A DNA stretch of 64,000 nt from an uncultured Pseudomonadota bacterium (GTDB taxonomy: Bacteria > Pseudomonadota > Alphaproteobacteria > JACZXZ01), in contig CAVVLJ010000017.1 in the NCBI GenBank assembly GCA_963749075.1, forward strand, positions 160,001 to 224,000, given 5' to 3'. The notes beneath the pieces were generated by a model that ran no database searches, had not been told where the DNA came from, and worked only from the letters and a program-made list of their open reading frames with translations. The translations under genes and the position numbers were made by a program. Numbering within the stretch: the first letter of the stretch is position 1; each line of letters begins with the position of its first letter. This document shows, in pieces, positions 62,544-64,000 of this stretch.

Positions 62544-64000
62544 CTAGGCGGTAGCAAAAGCGTGATCCTGATTTTGGGTATCCGATGCAATCGACGGCAG
62601 CCTTAGGTTACCGCGGAGCTCTTCCAGAAATTCGTTTCCCACGCACGCAAGTGCGTCGGCGCGTTTACGGACCCAATCGGGGTACTGCTGGACCGTCGTC
62701 CCGGTAATATGCTGGGAAATAAACTGCTGCCGAAGTTTTTCGGCCGTGATATTGTACTTAGGTATATAGTCCATCGGGTTTTGTTTCGAGATACGAATAT
62801 TTATTGTCGGCCCGATGATAGAAATATTGGCTAAAGCATCAATCAAATCGGCAGCAACCTGACCTTCCAAAAACTTTTTTGGAAATACATGGTGAAACTG
62901 GGGTTGAAAGCCCGCGAGAATCTCAGCACCATCGAAGCCGATCAGAACACCCTGTTGATTCCAGTCGACGGCTTTATTGCGAAGTACCAACAGATACAGC
63001 AGGAGACGACCGAATCGGTTGTCACCATAGTCTCGCATAAAGTCCTCCGCCATTAATGGCGGTACGTACCTGATACGGGCAAGCAACCGCTCTAGCGCTT
63101 CGGTCAATGTTGCGGCCTCGGCAACCTCCTTCAAATCTTCCTCCATAGCGGACGTCGACGAACTTGAGTAACGGCTGAAGCGGGAAGCTTGAAGAAACCA
63201 AAACATGATTCGCGGAAAATCGTCGTCTGGGAACTTGTCGAGCAAAGCGATGAGCGGTACCAATGCGTTGTCAGCCGGGAGTAGCGCATTGCCGGATATG
63301 CCGTGATCCCTCAACTGCTTGATCGCTAGAACTCCACGCTCTCTTGGTCCGCTCCCAGGCCGGTTGGATCGAGATCGCATTCCAAAATGCCGGATCGATT
63401 GATCGATAGCGCACTGCCTTCTTCCCGACGCCAGTAAGCGTGCGGAACACAAGATTGGGTGACAGCTCGTAACCTAGTTCGGACACCTGCGAAACGAAGG
63501 GCAGGAAATTGTCTCGTACCCAGCCGGGTGTTCGAGCGGCGACGACACCCAAATAGATGTCCGCCTCCGTGACTCGGGTACCGCGACTGTTGAGGCGCGA
63601 AAATATCTCAACAACGTCTTCAAGGTCATTATCCACCGTGATTGTGACAACCTCTAAGTCTCTGATTTTCCTGACGCGATCTAGACGTGTGTAAACTTCC
63701 ATTGCGTCCATGCCGTTGCAAAGACCGTCGAGCTTGACCTGCTTTGCCATCTCCTGAAGCGTTTTCAGATCAGCTTCGCGACTCACATCAAGGATCAGGA
63801 GCCTATTGATCGGGATGTAGCGTGAACCTCTCACCCGTCGCGTCGCTGCGTTGGCTACGACAAAGAACGGGGCTTCCTTCGTGTGAACATCGAATCGAAT
63901 ATCGTACTTGCGCAGCGTCCATTCCCACTCGTCAACCCCGGACCACCAATAGGGCTTACGTCCGCTCAATATGCAGAGGGCTGTGGTGCGCTGTTGTCCA
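62544..64000 (-). CDS. DUF262/DUF1524 (GmrSD-like) nuclease, 5'-truncated by window edge, apparent frameshift near 63330
   Basis: GQQRTT at the window edge, FSRLNSRG, C-terminal HHVFP..LANI..IN..ISK HNH-like motif; markedly AT-richer. Confidence 0.8.

Overview
High-GC alphaproteobacterial chromosome segment (gene order resembles Rhodospirillales), mostly housekeeping: phaC, argC, rplM-rpsI, metY/metC, ihfA-fabH-plsX-rpmF, bamE, hppA, thiL-nusB-rib-nrdR-glyA-rpiB, mucR, gcdH, meaB, an rpoH-family sigma, mmsB, hemB and a threonine dehydratase. The accessory parts are (i) a complete Tad/Cpa (Flp) pilus locus directly 3' of tRNA-Pro(GGG), with three pilins, a tadE interrupted by an in-frame amber stop, and a SET-domain methyltransferase 4 bp after tadC; (ii) two integrase-free cassettes at the 3' ends of core genes (thiL, threonine dehydratase), each closed by a diverged orphan copy of that gene's 3' end; (iii) a Cys-tailed MarR gene divergent from the rpoH-family gene, with twin GANTC-centred palindromes bracketing a sigma32-like promoter; and (iv) the edge of an AT-richer island encoding a DUF262/DUF1524 (GmrSD-like) nuclease. 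Several palindromic intergenic elements are present. Three apparent frameshifts (bamE, acylase, DUF262) suggest assembly indel errors. All calls are from motif recognition by eye; no database searches were run.
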